From positions 1-59,894 of the IMG/VR virus record IMGVR_UViG_3300033388_003934: 59,894 nucleotides of DNA; one strand, written 5' to 3'. The notes below the pieces were generated by a model, which did no database searches, had not been told where the DNA came from, and was given only the letters and a program-made list of their open reading frames with translations. This DNA is from a virus. Taxonomy: Duplodnaviria > Caudoviricetes. This document shows, piece by piece, positions 1 to 10,755 of the stretch. Within the stretch, counting starts at the first letter, position 1. Every line of letters starts with the position of its first letter. Both the position numbers and the translations under genes were made by a program.

Positions 1-195
1 GAGAAGAAAGTTAAAGGAGCTGGTGGAATTAATCGTTCTATGATTATCAAGTATATTCCTGGAATGGTTGACCCATTTGATCAAGGTTCAATGAGAGCTG
101 CAAATTCAAGAGATTCCTTCACTTGCGAGATTCTATCAGAGTCTGGTATTGTTGTAAGAAATCCATTGTCTTGTGGACAACTTATTTTTGCTTAA
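1..195 (+). CDS. Major capsid protein, C-terminal fragment (Crassvirales type)
   Basis: Frame 1 is open from the window edge: ...YIPGMVDPFDQGSMRAANSRDSFTCEILSESGIVVRNPLSCGQLIFA*. The GIxVRNPxSCG ending and position before the ring-protein genes fit crAss-like MCPs. Confidence 0.75.
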   Translation, partial: EKKVKGAGGINRSMIIKYIPGMVDPFDQGSMRAANSRDSFTCEILSESGIVVRNPLSCGQLIFA

Positions 196-212
196 TTAAT
201 AATTGAAAGAAT

Positions 213-950
213 ATGGAAAAGGTAAAAGAAAAATCTGAAGTTTTAGAAATGCTTGATTTGTGTATTACAACGGGTAGTGCTGAAATAAGATTGAAAGATC
301 ATAAGAGAACAGGTTCAATAACTGTTAGAGATTATAATGACCCTGAAACTGGTGAATTGATGCAATTTGTTGATAAATTTGGTAATACTAAAGTGACTCG
401 TTTCACTAAAAATAGAACCTATGATTTAACAGATGAAAATCAAGCTTTAGAATATCATCATGTGAAAAATCATCCGATATATGCTAATGGACCAACACCA
501 ATTTTAGAGGCTGTTAATCTTGAAGAACAAGCACGAAATGATGTGTACTTAAAAGATTTAGAAGCTGAAGCTAATTATATAGTTCGAAAACTTTCTGGTG
601 AAAAACTACGAGATTTTGCTCGTGTTTTATTAGTAGGTAAAAGAATTAAAATTGGTGAAACTACTTCTGATGATGTAATCAAGCGTGAAATATATATGTT
701 AGCTGAAGAAACTGACCCAGCGGGTAAAAGTGGAGCTCAGAAAATTTTAGAAGCTTGGGAGAATCCTGATAGGAGTTTGAGAGAACTACTTGCAAAGGGT
801 GTTCACAACAAGACTTTTATAATTAAAGACGGTGTATATTTCTATGGTAAGATGAAAATGGGTACTACTATTGAGTATGCTATTGAATGGTTCAATGATA
901 ATAATGATATATTACCCCAAATAAGAAAAGAAGTTAACTCTAAGAAATGA
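213..950 (+). CDS. Conserved crAss-like virion-module protein following MCP
   Basis: 245-aa ORF in the syntenic slot directly after MCP; function not recognisable. Confidence 0.55.
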   Translation: MEKVKEKSEVLEMLDLCITTGSAEIRLKDHKRTGSITVRDYNDPETGELMQFVDKFGNTKVTRFTKNRTYDLTDENQALEYHHVKNHPIYANGPTPILEAVNLEEQARNDVYLKDLEAEANYIVRKLSGEKLRDFARVLLVGKRIKIGETTSDDVIKREIYMLAEETDPAGKSGAQKILEAWENPDRSLRELLAKGVHNKTFIIKDGVYFYGKMKMGTTIEYAIEWFNDNNDILPQIRKEVNSKK

Positions 951-1579
951 CAATAGCTGAAATGCATACTACGATTGATTTGCTTTTAGATAAAGCAGAT
1001 GCTCCATGGTTTAATCCAACTGAAAAAGATGATTATATCAATCTTGCTCAAATTGAATTTGTGGAAACAAGGTATGCACAATTTGAAGCTATTGAAAAAA
1101 GAAGGGAAGAACTTTTGCCTCTTGTTAGGAAAAATTCATATTCGGGAATTAATATTATTAATTTAACAGCTATAAGTGAATTTCTTTATGTTTTAAGCTT
1201 ACAAGCTTATGTTAATGATACTTGTGAACCTACGGGGGTAAGAATAGAACCTGTACATCCTATACAATTAGATGATTTTGCTGGTGCCGAAAGGGATCCG
1301 TTTAACAAAACAACTGATGATAATGTAGGATATACACAATATAATGATGGAGCTGGTGCAAACACTCTTGAAGTGCATAGTACAAATGTTCCAAATTCTA
1401 TTGATTTGTTTTATTTAAAAAGACCTGTAGATGTTAGTATTACTGTTCCAACAAATTGTGAATTACCTGTTAGTACACATGAAGAAATAGTAAACATTGC
1501 AGTTCGAAAGATGATGATGACTATTCAAGATCAAAATTATCAAGTACAAATGAATGAAATACAACAACAAGGACAATAA
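947..1579 (+). CDS. Tail ring / head-tail connector protein
   Basis: MTIAEMH...EKDDYINLAQ N-terminus and YLKRP...CELP..THEEIVNIAV C-terminus resemble crAss-like ring proteins; ATGA overlap with upstream gene. Confidence 0.7.
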   Translation: MTIAEMHTTIDLLLDKADAPWFNPTEKDDYINLAQIEFVETRYAQFEAIEKRREELLPLVRKNSYSGINIINLTAISEFLYVLSLQAYVNDTCEPTGVRIEPVHPIQLDDFAGAERDPFNKTTDDNVGYTQYNDGAGANTLEVHSTNVPNSIDLFYLKRPVDVSITVPTNCELPVSTHEEIVNIAVRKMMMTIQDQNYQVQMNEIQQQGQ

Positions 1580-1589
1580 ATTATAAGTT

Positions 1590-1910
1590 ATGGCACAAAA
1601 GAAATACAAAAGAGCTGATTTAAGCAAAATGAAAATGACCGAACTTTATGAAATTGCTAAACACTATAAGTTAAAGAATATTAAAAAAATCAAAAAGTTT
1701 GATTTAATTCAGCAACTTACTGGTGAATTAGTAATTGGTCAGGAAGAACCTAAAAAGAAAGTTAGTAAACCAAAAGCATCTAAACCAAAGGCAAGTAAGC
1801 CAAAAGCTTCTAAGCCAAAAGCAACAAAGCCGGTGGAGAAAAAAGATGAAAGCGGATTAGTTAAATTTCATAGAGGGCTTCCTAAAAGAAGTTCAATGAC
1901 TTGGAGATAA
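1590..1910 (+). CDS. Small basic protein: Rho-N/HeH-like helical domain plus KPKAS repeats
   Basis: LSKMKMTELYEIAKHYKL...KKFDLIQQL resembles Rho_N; followed by (KPKAS)3-KPKAT. Confidence 0.55.
   Translation: MAQKKYKRADLSKMKMTELYEIAKHYKLKNIKKIKKFDLIQQLTGELVIGQEEPKKKVSKPKASKPKASKPKASKPKATKPVEKKDESGLVKFHRGLPKRSSMTWR
1764..1832 (+). repeat. 15-nt coding tandem repeat (about 4 copies, KPKAS)
   Basis: aaaccaaaagcatct aaaccaaaggcaagt aagccaaaagcttct aagccaaaagcaaca. Confidence 0.9.
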
Positions 1911-1938
1911 ATTAAAAATTAAATAAAAACAAAATACC

Positions 1939-2643
1939 ATGGAAATAGGTAGATCTTACATAGCGTTTAACGCTGAAGCACATGTTCCGACTTTAACAGC
2001 GGGCATGATAGATATTACACCTTCTTTCGTAGTACCAACAAGTTCTTTATCAGGACAAGCACCTACAATGGCTGTTATTGCACAGGCTGCTGGAGTTCCT
2101 GCACAGAATGTTATTACATTCGCTGGAGCATTTGTTGCTGGAGATGATATTACTGTATCAATTACAAGTAGTGCAACATCTCGTCAACTATGGAGAAAGT
2201 CGTATTATTACACAGTACAACCTGGTGACGGATTAAATGATGTCGCTGAGGCAATTGGAAACCAAATATCAGCAGATGGTGAGCAATCAGAAACTCCATA
2301 TACTGGAGCTGTTGCTGCTCCTGTTGTAACAATAGCATTGAAAAGTGATGACACTGATTCATTGAATGTTACAGTTTGGACTAACTCTGCTGCTGGAACT
2401 TTAACTCCTGTAGCTACTGCAGCTACTATTTCAGAAGGGCAACCGTCTGATTTATTGGATAAAGGAATCCCAGCTGAAGATATTCTTTCTGCAAGTTATG
2501 ATACTTACAGATTTGAATACAGACCAACTGTTGCACAACCATTCATTGATATGGAAGGAAAGAAATCAATTGAGATTTATTTCTTTAGTGCTACTGGAAG
2601 TACTGGTGCTGCTACTTTAAAAGGTATTATAGACCTTTTATAA
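1939..2643 (+). CDS. Virion structural protein (auxiliary capsid/decoration-like)
   Basis: A/T/G/V-rich beta-type protein ending the capsid transcription unit, followed by a terminator. Confidence 0.5.
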   Translation: MEIGRSYIAFNAEAHVPTLTAGMIDITPSFVVPTSSLSGQAPTMAVIAQAAGVPAQNVITFAGAFVAGDDITVSITSSATSRQLWRKSYYYTVQPGDGLNDVAEAIGNQISADGEQSETPYTGAVAAPVVTIALKSDDTDSLNVTVWTNSAAGTLTPVATAATISEGQPSDLLDKGIPAEDILSASYDTYRFEYRPTVAQPFIDMEGKKSIEIYFFSATGSTGAATLKGIIDLL

Positions 2644-2667
2644 GAAGTAATAAAATCATAAATTATC

Positions 2668-2703
2668 AAGAGAGCTTGATGCTTTTATTAAGCTCTCTTT
2701 TTT
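2668..2703 (+). terminator. Intrinsic terminator
   Basis: aagagagcttgat-gctttt-attaagctctctt followed by a T run. Confidence 0.8.
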
Positions 2704-2714
2704 AAATAATTGGT

Positions 2715-3416
2715 ATGCCAACATTAAATGAATTTGCCTATAATATCCGTAATATCGGAAGAGCTGGAAATAGTGATGCTGATGATGAAAACATCAAAAT
2801 CAGTATGGTTAAGTTTTGGATTAATGGATATAGAGCTAAATTTATATTTGAATTTTCTAATGCTGGTAAATTAATCGATCCACAATTAGTACAAGACTTA
2901 GGTGTAGTTCCTTTAGAAGAAGTAGATAAAGCTGATTCTTCTTGTCCTGAATGTGTTAAATGGGGTTGCAATATATATAAAGTTGAAATTCCTAAATTAG
3001 TTGATTTACCTAATAATAGGGGATTAATGTTTGTAGGGTTAATAGACAAGCAAACTCCTATTATGTTAGATTATCCAGATACATCTATTTATAAAAGAGC
3101 TACCAGATTTGGAAAGAAATTTAATCGTTCTTATTTGATAGGAAATACATTATATGTGAGTACATCAAATGAAAATCTTGATTTAAAATATATTAACATT
3201 AGAGGAGTATTTGAAGACCCAAGAGAGGCCTACAATTATGTTGCTCCTGGTTGTGAACCTACTTGTTATAGTGATGATGATCCTTATCCGATACCAATGC
3301 GTATGTATGAGCCTATTACTAAAAGTATTTTAACAACTGAATTAAACATGGCAATTAACGCAGTCAATGACGAGTTAAACGATGGAAGACAAAACTATCA
3401 AGAGCAAGGACAATGA
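2715..3416 (+). CDS. Tail ring protein
   Basis: TLNEFAYNI...VKFWINGYRA...YINIRGVFEDP...DDDPYPI pattern resembles crAss-like ring proteins. Confidence 0.65.
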   Translation: MPTLNEFAYNIRNIGRAGNSDADDENIKISMVKFWINGYRAKFIFEFSNAGKLIDPQLVQDLGVVPLEEVDKADSSCPECVKWGCNIYKVEIPKLVDLPNNRGLMFVGLIDKQTPIMLDYPDTSIYKRATRFGKKFNRSYLIGNTLYVSTSNENLDLKYINIRGVFEDPREAYNYVAPGCEPTCYSDDDPYPIPMRMYEPITKSILTTELNMAINAVNDELNDGRQNYQEQGQ

Positions 3417-3918
3417 TGGTGCTTTGACATTGTATGGTATATATTTGAGGACTAAAGGAAATGTAAATAAAGATATACTCCAATTAAACAAAGGTCGCAC
3501 CAATGTTAAAAATATAGGTTATAGACTATATGGTGATATTATACGCTCATATTTTAGCATCGTTTTTCGTGAAATCATAAGAGGATATACCTATCCTTTA
3601 TTAAATAAATTTGGTTGGTTTAAAGTAGTAAAGACATTATGTACAAGATATAATCCAAGTACATATAGTTTTAAAAAGATTAATGGTAAAATCATTCGTG
3701 AAAAAATTGATTTAAATATCAATAAAACGGATGGTTTTTTTTATTTTGTATTCTGGGATTCTCCAAAGAAATATAGACATTATAGATTAAGGGTTTCACC
3801 CAAATGGAAAAGATTAATATTTAAAGGTGTTATAGAAGATGAAATGGATTATCCAGATTACAGTTTATTAAGTTATGGTCGTAGAGCAACAAATAGTTAC
3901 ATACAAAAAATAAAATAA
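3382..3918 (+). CDS. IHF/HU-like basic protein of the crAss-like tail module
   Basis: Basic; YGDIIRSYF..VFREII.G..Y.L..KFG.FKVVK...TDGFFYFVFW; lies before the tail tubular and stabilisation genes as in crAss-like phages. Confidence 0.55.
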   Translation: MEDKTIKSKDNDGALTLYGIYLRTKGNVNKDILQLNKGRTNVKNIGYRLYGDIIRSYFSIVFREIIRGYTYPLLNKFGWFKVVKTLCTRYNPSTYSFKKINGKIIREKIDLNINKTDGFFYFVFWDSPKKYRHYRLRVSPKWKRLIFKGVIEDEMDYPDYSLLSYGRRATNSYIQKIK

Positions 3919-3919
3919 A

Positions 3920-5107
3920 ATGAGTCAGACAAATAATAAAATATCAATACATACTATAATTGGTAATGTTTGTGGAAACTTAGGTATTCGAAACATAAAT
4001 AATGTAATTGAAGATTTTGCTCGTTGGGCTGTAGATGCTGAAATGAAAATTGGTAGTGAGGGTTCATATAGAAGATTTGAGTGTGAATTAGATATTAAAG
4101 AAAGAAGAGCATGTTTACCTGACAATTTTATTAATCTAATAGCAGTTAAAAAAGGTGATGAAATATTAGATATGTCTACACAAAGTTTTAAGCTTATGAA
4201 TAAAGGAGCTGAAACTGGTGTAGCAAATGCAAACAGCAATTTTGTAAGTGGTAATTATCAACCATTTGATCCAGGTGCGCCTAATGTATTGTCTGTTGAA
4301 TTTTTAGGAACATATATAGGTGGTGAAACAATTAATTTAACAGTAGCTACTAATAGAAATGGAACTATTACGGTAAACACATTTAGCTATATAGTAGTTG
4401 GTGGAGATACATTAAATGATATAGCTTTAGCTTTTGAAGCACAATTTATGGCTGTATCTAACTTAGGATATAGTGTAATAGCTTCAGGAGGTGTATTAAA
4501 TCTAACTGCAAATGATAATTTAACTACATTACAAATAACTCCATTTACAGATTCAGCTGCCGGAACTATTGAAGTTAAAGTTTTACAAAATAGAAGATTA
4601 CCTTCTGAATGTGATCCTAAGCAAACTCCAAATGGAAATATAAACTTTACCTCACCTAACTTAGCGGAGCTACAATTAAATGATTTAAATACAGGAAGTT
4701 CTGCACAAGGTAATAATGGATTATCTTATTGGGGAAGGCAAGGATGGGGATTTACTGCATTTGCAAGTAAATTCACTATGGAAAATGGATATTTATATTT
4801 TAATCAATTAGACAATACTAAAGTTGGCGTTGCATATTGGGGGGTTGATTTAGATGAAGAAGGGTGGCCGCTTATTAATCAATTACATGAAGATGCTGTT
4901 ACACATTACTTAATGTATATGTATAAAGCAAGAGATTATTATGCTGGTAGGTTACCTCAAAATGTATATAAAGAAATGCAAGCAAGATGGTTTTGGTTAT
5001 GTGGTGAAGCTCGTGGAGATGATGAAATGCCTTCAGAAACAGAATTAAGACAACTTTCAAATATGTGGGCTCAAATATTACCATTACGAAATAAAAACTT
5101 CTTTTAA
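3920..5107 (+). CDS. Tail tubular/ring protein with inserted beta domain
   Basis: WAVDAEMKIG...ACLPDNF and YWGVDLDEEGWPLI...AVTHYLMY...W..LC.EAR flank an insertion of about 100 aa. Confidence 0.7.
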   Translation: MSQTNNKISIHTIIGNVCGNLGIRNINNVIEDFARWAVDAEMKIGSEGSYRRFECELDIKERRACLPDNFINLIAVKKGDEILDMSTQSFKLMNKGAETGVANANSNFVSGNYQPFDPGAPNVLSVEFLGTYIGGETINLTVATNRNGTITVNTFSYIVVGGDTLNDIALAFEAQFMAVSNLGYSVIASGGVLNLTANDNLTTLQITPFTDSAAGTIEVKVLQNRRLPSECDPKQTPNGNINFTSPNLAELQLNDLNTGSSAQGNNGLSYWGRQGWGFTAFASKFTMENGYLYFNQLDNTKVGVAYWGVDLDEEGWPLINQLHEDAVTHYLMYMYKARDYYAGRLPQNVYKEMQARWFWLCGEARGDDEMPSETELRQLSNMWAQILPLRNKNFF

Positions 5108-8100
5108 TGGCTGAATCAGGCAAAAACAGAACGATGAATACCTTCCAAGAAGGTATGAGAATGGATATTGATAAATTAAATCAACCTAATTCTTCATTTA
5201 GATATGGATTAAATGGAAGGTTAATATTTAATAGAGATGGTACATATGCGTGGGAATCAGAAAGAGGGAATAAGCTAAGTATTAATATTGCTCCTGATTC
5301 TGGAAGTGGACTTGCTGGAACAAACTATAAGCCTATTGGATGGACAGGAAAAAGTAATTTAATAGTATTATTTTTAGTTGGAGATACTGGATATAGTGAA
5401 ATTGGATTGTTAATTATAGATGAAAATGGAACCTCATCATATAAAACAATGTTTAATGACTTCAATGACCCAAATGGAGAGTTATTAAATTTTAGGGTTT
5501 ATAACCAAATAGAAGCTCGTTTTATTTATGAAACAGATAGATTGCTTAGAGCTTATTGGGTAGATGGAGTTAATAATGATAGTAATCAGCCACGATCATT
5601 TACTTTTTCTTATGATAACTCATTACCTGAAAATGATTTAAATGCCTATATACCTTTATCTAATTCTACTCACGATATTAATTTGCAGAGTAGTTTTAAT
5701 ATGGGTTTAATCAAATACAATAGAACTATTTCTGGTGGTGGCAATAAATTATCAGGTTCTTATCAATATACTTATAGATTAGTTACAGATGTTGGTTATA
5801 GAACTCCTTGGAAGCCATTAACAAATCCAGTTATAGTATCTACTGATCAAGTAACAGCTACTAACCCTTGGGAGTATGAAATGGAAGGTAGTGGAATTGA
5901 TAGTGGTAAAGCTGTTGAAATAGAAATTAAAGGAATAGACCAAAGGTTTGATGAAATAGAAGTTTGTTTTGTTTATTTAGAATCTGATGCTATACCTACA
6001 GAAGCATCCATATTTGAAATAACTCCCATTAGTGGTGATACAATGACATTTGTGGATAGCACAATGGATGGTGAGCCTGTATTAATAGATGAATTACCAG
6101 TATTTTTTCAAGGAATTAGAGCTGCTAAAACATTAAATATAAAAGATGAAAGTCTATATATAGGAAATACTATTGAATCATCATTTGAATTAAATGATTT
6201 AGAGGCAATATTAGAAAATCTAACTATAACTCCTTATTTTAAAAACATTAGATCAGATGAATATTCTATAGGTTCTTTTGAAGATGGTCGAGATGTAATT
6301 GGTATAGGTTCTAAGCCACCTATACATAGACAAAGTGTGGTAGCAAATGGTACAGCTACAATGATGTTACATGACCAACCTGGAGGTACTGAAGATTATA
6401 CTGTTGTAGATGAATATTCTAATTACAAAGGAACTCAAGTATCACATTTAAATAAAGGTTATTTTAGGGGAGAAACATACCGTTATGGTATTGTATTTTT
6501 TGACTTATTAGGATTTCAAAGTTTTGTATATCATTTATGTGATTTAGAAACACCTCAACAATATGAAAACACTTATACCGCAACAAGATTAAAATCTGAT
6601 GGTACAACTGTAGCTATTCCAGTAGTTCCATTAGCTGAAAGAGCTTGGACTACTTGTAATTTTGGAGATTATTTTGATGATGATGCTATTAATGGTTTAA
6701 GTGGTAGTGATACAGCTGATTCCTATTTAAGAATAATGGGAATTAAAGTAGGTGGTATTGATATATCTACAGTTAAAAGTCAAATTAGTGGCTTTATGAT
6801 TGTAAGAGCAAGATGTGAGGCACAAATATTAATGCAAGGTTTAGCTATGCCTTGTGTAAAAGAAAATGATACTACAAGACCGGCTCCTTATGGTCATGAT
6901 AGATGGTATGATTTTACTAATGGTGCAAATCCTTCTACTGTAACAGATATCACTGATATGGAATTAGTTTCAGCAAAAAGTATAGTAACAGGTGATACAT
7001 ATAAATTAAGACCAAATACAACTGTATTTTATCCTACTGATTTAGATTTTGGATATGCACAATTACCAAATGTTCAAACAGCAGATAGAATTAAATTAGT
7101 AAGTACTTGTTATCAAGTAGGACATGAATGTGTTGGAGATGAAGATGATGGTTCTGGGTGTTGGGAATATGTTAATCAATATTTTACTTGGGAAGATGAT
7201 AGTGGTTGTTGTGCTGATAGAGGTAGAGAAGGTGTAAGAAAACTATATAGAACTAAAAATGATTCTCAAGGTTATATAGATTTACCAGCAACAATAAATG
7301 ACCCATATCCAGCTCATGGTGTTGAAGCTAATATAGAGTATTTGCTTAATATGGGATTAGGAGATACAATAGATAATTATGAACCAGGATTAGATTTAGA
7401 TAATACTACTGAATTTGATGATGGTTTTCATATGGGTTATGAAGTTAATAAACAACATAAAGCGTGGGGAAAAGGAAATTCAGTATTTCTAAAACATGGA
7501 GATTTTACACCATTTGATGGTAGTGGAGTTGCTAAACCATGGAATCCATTTTTTCAAACGCCAAGTTCAGAATTGGCAGACCCTACATATATGGGTAGTT
7601 GGATAATGAATTATTTAAGACCTAATAATAATCCATATGGTGGGGTAACAAGGTCTTCATTAGAACGAACTGTATTTTTTAGTGTAGGACATTTTCAGCC
7701 TGTTAATAATCCAACATTTGATGCTCAAGGAATGCCTGCGACAGATATATTTAATGGTATAGAAGTTTGGGGTGGTGATTGTATATTAGATTATATGGGA
7801 TTTGCAAGATTATATCCAAGAATGCGAGATCCTTTTAATTGGAATAATCAACCTTTTGAATATGGTATTGGAGAACTTTTCCCATTAGAAAGTAGAGTAC
7901 ATCATCCATTAAGAAATGCTCCTTCTCAACAAAACCCAATATTTAGTAATGTAGGTTTAAGACCACAAAAAGAATTACAAGTTGGTGGTACAGAATGGCC
8001 AGATGGACTTTATTATGCAGCTGATTCAGAGTTAAGAGAAGAGTTTGATATTAATTCAGTCTTGTTTTATGAAGAAACAGTAATGTTGTATGCTCCAAAA

Positions 8101-9510
8101 CCATTAAGATTTAATGCAGTAGATCATTTTCCTGTAAGATGGAGATATACACCAAGTAAATTTTATGGTGATGAAATAGATAGCTGGAGAATATTCCAAG
8201 TAAATGATTTTGATGATTTAAATGGAGAATATGGAGAAATAACAAGTAGTTTATTTTTATTTAATGCAATATATTCATTTCAAGAAAGTGCATTTGGTAG
8301 ATTAAGAGCTTCTGACAGAGCTTTAATAGAATCTGCTAACCAAGGTTCACTTACTACGGGAATTGGCGAGAAATTAGATGGTGTTGATTATATCAATACT
8401 GAATTTGGCAATCAACATCAATGGAGTTTATTTAGTTCTGGAAAAGCAGCATATTGGATTGAAGTAAATCAAAGAAAGATATGTAGGTTTGCACAAGATG
8501 GATTTTTATCGTTAAGTGATGTAAGAGGATTACATCAATGGTCGGAAAATGAATTAAGATATTTTGAAAATCATGATACGCCTGTTGCTGGATTAGGAAT
8601 TAGTGGAATATTTGACTATCAAAATAATGTAGCACTATGGTCATTTATTAGAGAAAGAAGTGTTTTAGGCGCAAGAGAAGTGTATATAGTTTCTACACAA
8701 ACAAGAGTAGATGCTAATATTTATGAAGTTATAAATGATTTAGACCTTGTTGAAATTACACCTGATAAAGATATTGATGTATATATACCTAAAAATACTT
8801 CAGATAGCGGAAATAATTATTTATTTGTATTCTATATTACCAATACTTCTGTTGGTTTTAATTTAACTACAATTCAAAAAGAAGGTAATATAGATCAATC
8901 AATGATAACAATACTTCCAGGTGAAACATATAAGTTTTTTAGAAATAATATAAATGATGATTGGTCATATGTTTTAGTAACAAAACCTGAAATTAGAAGA
9001 AAATATTATAATACATTATCATTTAATGAAATTACTAATGCATTCGTAGGGTTTCATTCATATAATTCTAATATTTTTATAAATGCTAAGAATTTTACTT
9101 TAGCATATACAGTTTCTAAACAAAATGATTTATGGACTTTAAATACTGGAAGAATAGCTGAATTTTATGATGAATCTATTTATTCTATATTACAACCAAT
9201 AGTTGCTGATATGGCTATGTATGCAAAAGTTTTTGATACATTTAAAGGAAATGCAAACTTTAATTTAATAGATACATTAGAAGAAATACATTTAATTACG
9301 GATTCAACATATAATTTATTAAATCTAACAACTGATACAAGAAAAGCGTATAAAGAAAATGTATTAAGAATGCCTTTAAGAACACAAACACAATTAGATA
9401 GAACAAGAGGTAAGCGTTTAGAAGAAATAATGATTATAGATAATACAGATTTTAAATTAACTCAAATATCAAGTATAACAACTGATTATAGAGTTTCTAA
9501 TAGAATATAA
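5107..9510 (+). CDS. Tail stabilisation / muzzle protein
   Basis: 1467 aa; NTFQEGMRMDID start, KGYFRGETYRYGIVF, WGGDC, DSWRIF...YGEIT, FGNQHQWS motifs; synteny. Confidence 0.8.
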   Translation: MAESGKNRTMNTFQEGMRMDIDKLNQPNSSFRYGLNGRLIFNRDGTYAWESERGNKLSINIAPDSGSGLAGTNYKPIGWTGKSNLIVLFLVGDTGYSEIGLLIIDENGTSSYKTMFNDFNDPNGELLNFRVYNQIEARFIYETDRLLRAYWVDGVNNDSNQPRSFTFSYDNSLPENDLNAYIPLSNSTHDINLQSSFNMGLIKYNRTISGGGNKLSGSYQYTYRLVTDVGYRTPWKPLTNPVIVSTDQVTATNPWEYEMEGSGIDSGKAVEIEIKGIDQRFDEIEVCFVYLESDAIPTEASIFEITPISGDTMTFVDSTMDGEPVLIDELPVFFQGIRAAKTLNIKDESLYIGNTIESSFELNDLEAILENLTITPYFKNIRSDEYSIGSFEDGRDVIGIGSKPPIHRQSVVANGTATMMLHDQPGGTEDYTVVDEYSNYKGTQVSHLNKGYFRGETYRYGIVFFDLLGFQSFVYHLCDLETPQQYENTYTATRLKSDGTTVAIPVVPLAERAWTTCNFGDYFDDDAINGLSGSDTADSYLRIMGIKVGGIDISTVKSQISGFMIVRARCEAQILMQGLAMPCVKENDTTRPAPYGHDRWYDFTNGANPSTVTDITDMELVSAKSIVTGDTYKLRPNTTVFYPTDLDFGYAQLPNVQTADRIKLVSTCYQVGHECVGDEDDGSGCWEYVNQYFTWEDDSGCCADRGREGVRKLYRTKNDSQGYIDLPATINDPYPAHGVEANIEYLLNMGLGDTIDNYEPGLDLDNTTEFDDGFHMGYEVNKQHKAWGKGNSVFLKHGDFTPFDGSGVAKPWNPFFQTPSSELADPTYMGSWIMNYLRPNNNPYGGVTRSSLERTVFFSVGHFQPVNNPTFDAQGMPATDIFNGIEVWGGDCILDYMGFARLYPRMRDPFNWNNQPFEYGIGELFPLESRVHHPLRNAPSQQNPIFSNVGLRPQKELQVGGTEWPDGLYYAADSELREEFDINSVLFYEETVMLYAPKPLRFNAVDHFPVRWRYTPSKFYGDEIDSWRIFQVNDFDDLNGEYGEITSSLFLFNAIYSFQESAFGRLRASDRALIESANQGSLTTGIGEKLDGVDYINTEFGNQHQWSLFSSGKAAYWIEVNQRKICRFAQDGFLSLSDVRGLHQWSENELRYFENHDTPVAGLGISGIFDYQNNVALWSFIRERSVLGAREVYIVSTQTRVDANIYEVINDLDLVEITPDKDIDVYIPKNTSDSGNNYLFVFYITNTSVGFNLTTIQKEGNIDQSMITILPGETYKFFRNNINDDWSYVLVTKPEIRRKYYNTLSFNEITNAFVGFHSYNSNIFINAKNFTLAYTVSKQNDLWTLNTGRIAEFYDESIYSILQPIVADMAMYAKVFDTFKGNANFNLIDTLEEIHLITDSTYNLLNLTTDTRKAYKENVLRMPLRTQTQLDRTRGKRLEEIMIIDNTDFKLTQISSITTDYRVSNRI

Positions 9511-9511
9511 T

Positions 9512-10753
9512 ATGGCACTATTTACAGATAAAAGAGAATTAGCAAGACAGCCAGAGTATGTACCAATGGAAACTGCAACTGGTTTAAGAAAAGTTGGATT
9601 AGGAATTTTAGGCTATAATCCTCAAGGTGGTTTAAATACATGGGGTAAAATTCAAGAATATAATCCTTCGCCAGTACATGGATTAAGGAATTTAGGTGCT
9701 CAAGCTCTTTCAGAAAAAAATAAAGATTATGGAAAAGTAATTAGAGAAGGTGCTGGTGATGCATGGACTCAAGATTTAAATTCATTAGATTTTGCGTGGC
9801 AAGCATTTAAAATTTATTTAACTATGGGTGGTTCTGTAGGAGGTGGTGGTGCTTCAGCAACTGGTGGTGCAACATCTACACCGGCTACAGGTGCTCCAGT
9901 TACAAGTGGTGCAAGTGCGGCTCCTGCTGGAGCTGGTGCTCCAGTTCAAGGAATAGATGCTTCAAGTAGTGCTTTTAGTGGAATGGGTGGTGGTACAGAA
10001 ATAGCTTCTGGTCTTGGTACTGATATGGCTTCTACATCAGCTTCAATGGCGGCTGGTGTTCCATCATATGATGTTGCTTCATGGACAACTGGAACGGCTA
10101 TGGATGCATCGGGAAATATAGTCGATAAAAATATATTAGATGAAATTAATCAAGGAACATTTGATGAAATTTATGATACAGATGAAACTAAATTAATGGA
10201 TAGGTTTTTAGAATATATGGGTGCAGAAGAAGATGGTAAAACTGAAGGTATTACTCCATCTGGAGAAGAATATGATATTATTTCTCCTGATGTAATGGGA
10301 AGAAAAGGAAGTGGAACTGGAGAAGGAACGGGTGTAGATATAGATCCTGAAAGGCGTGGAAGTACATTTTTGGATAAATTAGACCCAAATCAAAAGAAAA
10401 TGTTAAATGAAAATCTTAATCAAGGTAAAAAAGAATTGTCACAAAAAGACAAAAAAGGAGCAGAAAGAGATTATGCAAATTGGAAAGCGGCTGCAGAAGC
10501 AAAAGGATTAAGAGTAATAGGAACTGATGCTGTTGATAATATGGGTCAAGTTCAAGCTACATATGTTGCAGAAGATGATTCAGCAGAAAATAAAAAGCGT
10601 TCTGGAGATGCACTTAAAAGTATGTTAAGTGGTAATATAGTTTCGTCTGGTGCTGCTATGATTAATACAGCAACATCAAATATTAATGATGCTGAAGATA
10701 GAATAAGAAAGTATCAAAATCAAGGTTCAATGACAACAAGTTATTTATTATAG
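9512..10753 (+). CDS. Ejected cargo protein (Gly/Ala-rich, possible membrane-inserting segments)
   Basis: Follows the muzzle gene; G/A/S-rich hydrophobic stretch. Confidence 0.5.
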   Translation: MALFTDKRELARQPEYVPMETATGLRKVGLGILGYNPQGGLNTWGKIQEYNPSPVHGLRNLGAQALSEKNKDYGKVIREGAGDAWTQDLNSLDFAWQAFKIYLTMGGSVGGGGASATGGATSTPATGAPVTSGASAAPAGAGAPVQGIDASSSAFSGMGGGTEIASGLGTDMASTSASMAAGVPSYDVASWTTGTAMDASGNIVDKNILDEINQGTFDEIYDTDETKLMDRFLEYMGAEEDGKTEGITPSGEEYDIISPDVMGRKGSGTGEGTGVDIDPERRGSTFLDKLDPNQKKMLNENLNQGKKELSQKDKKGAERDYANWKAAAEAKGLRVIGTDAVDNMGQVQATYVAEDDSAENKKRSGDALKSMLSGNIVSSGAAMINTATSNINDAEDRIRKYQNQGSMTTSYLL

Positions 10754-10755
10754 TT

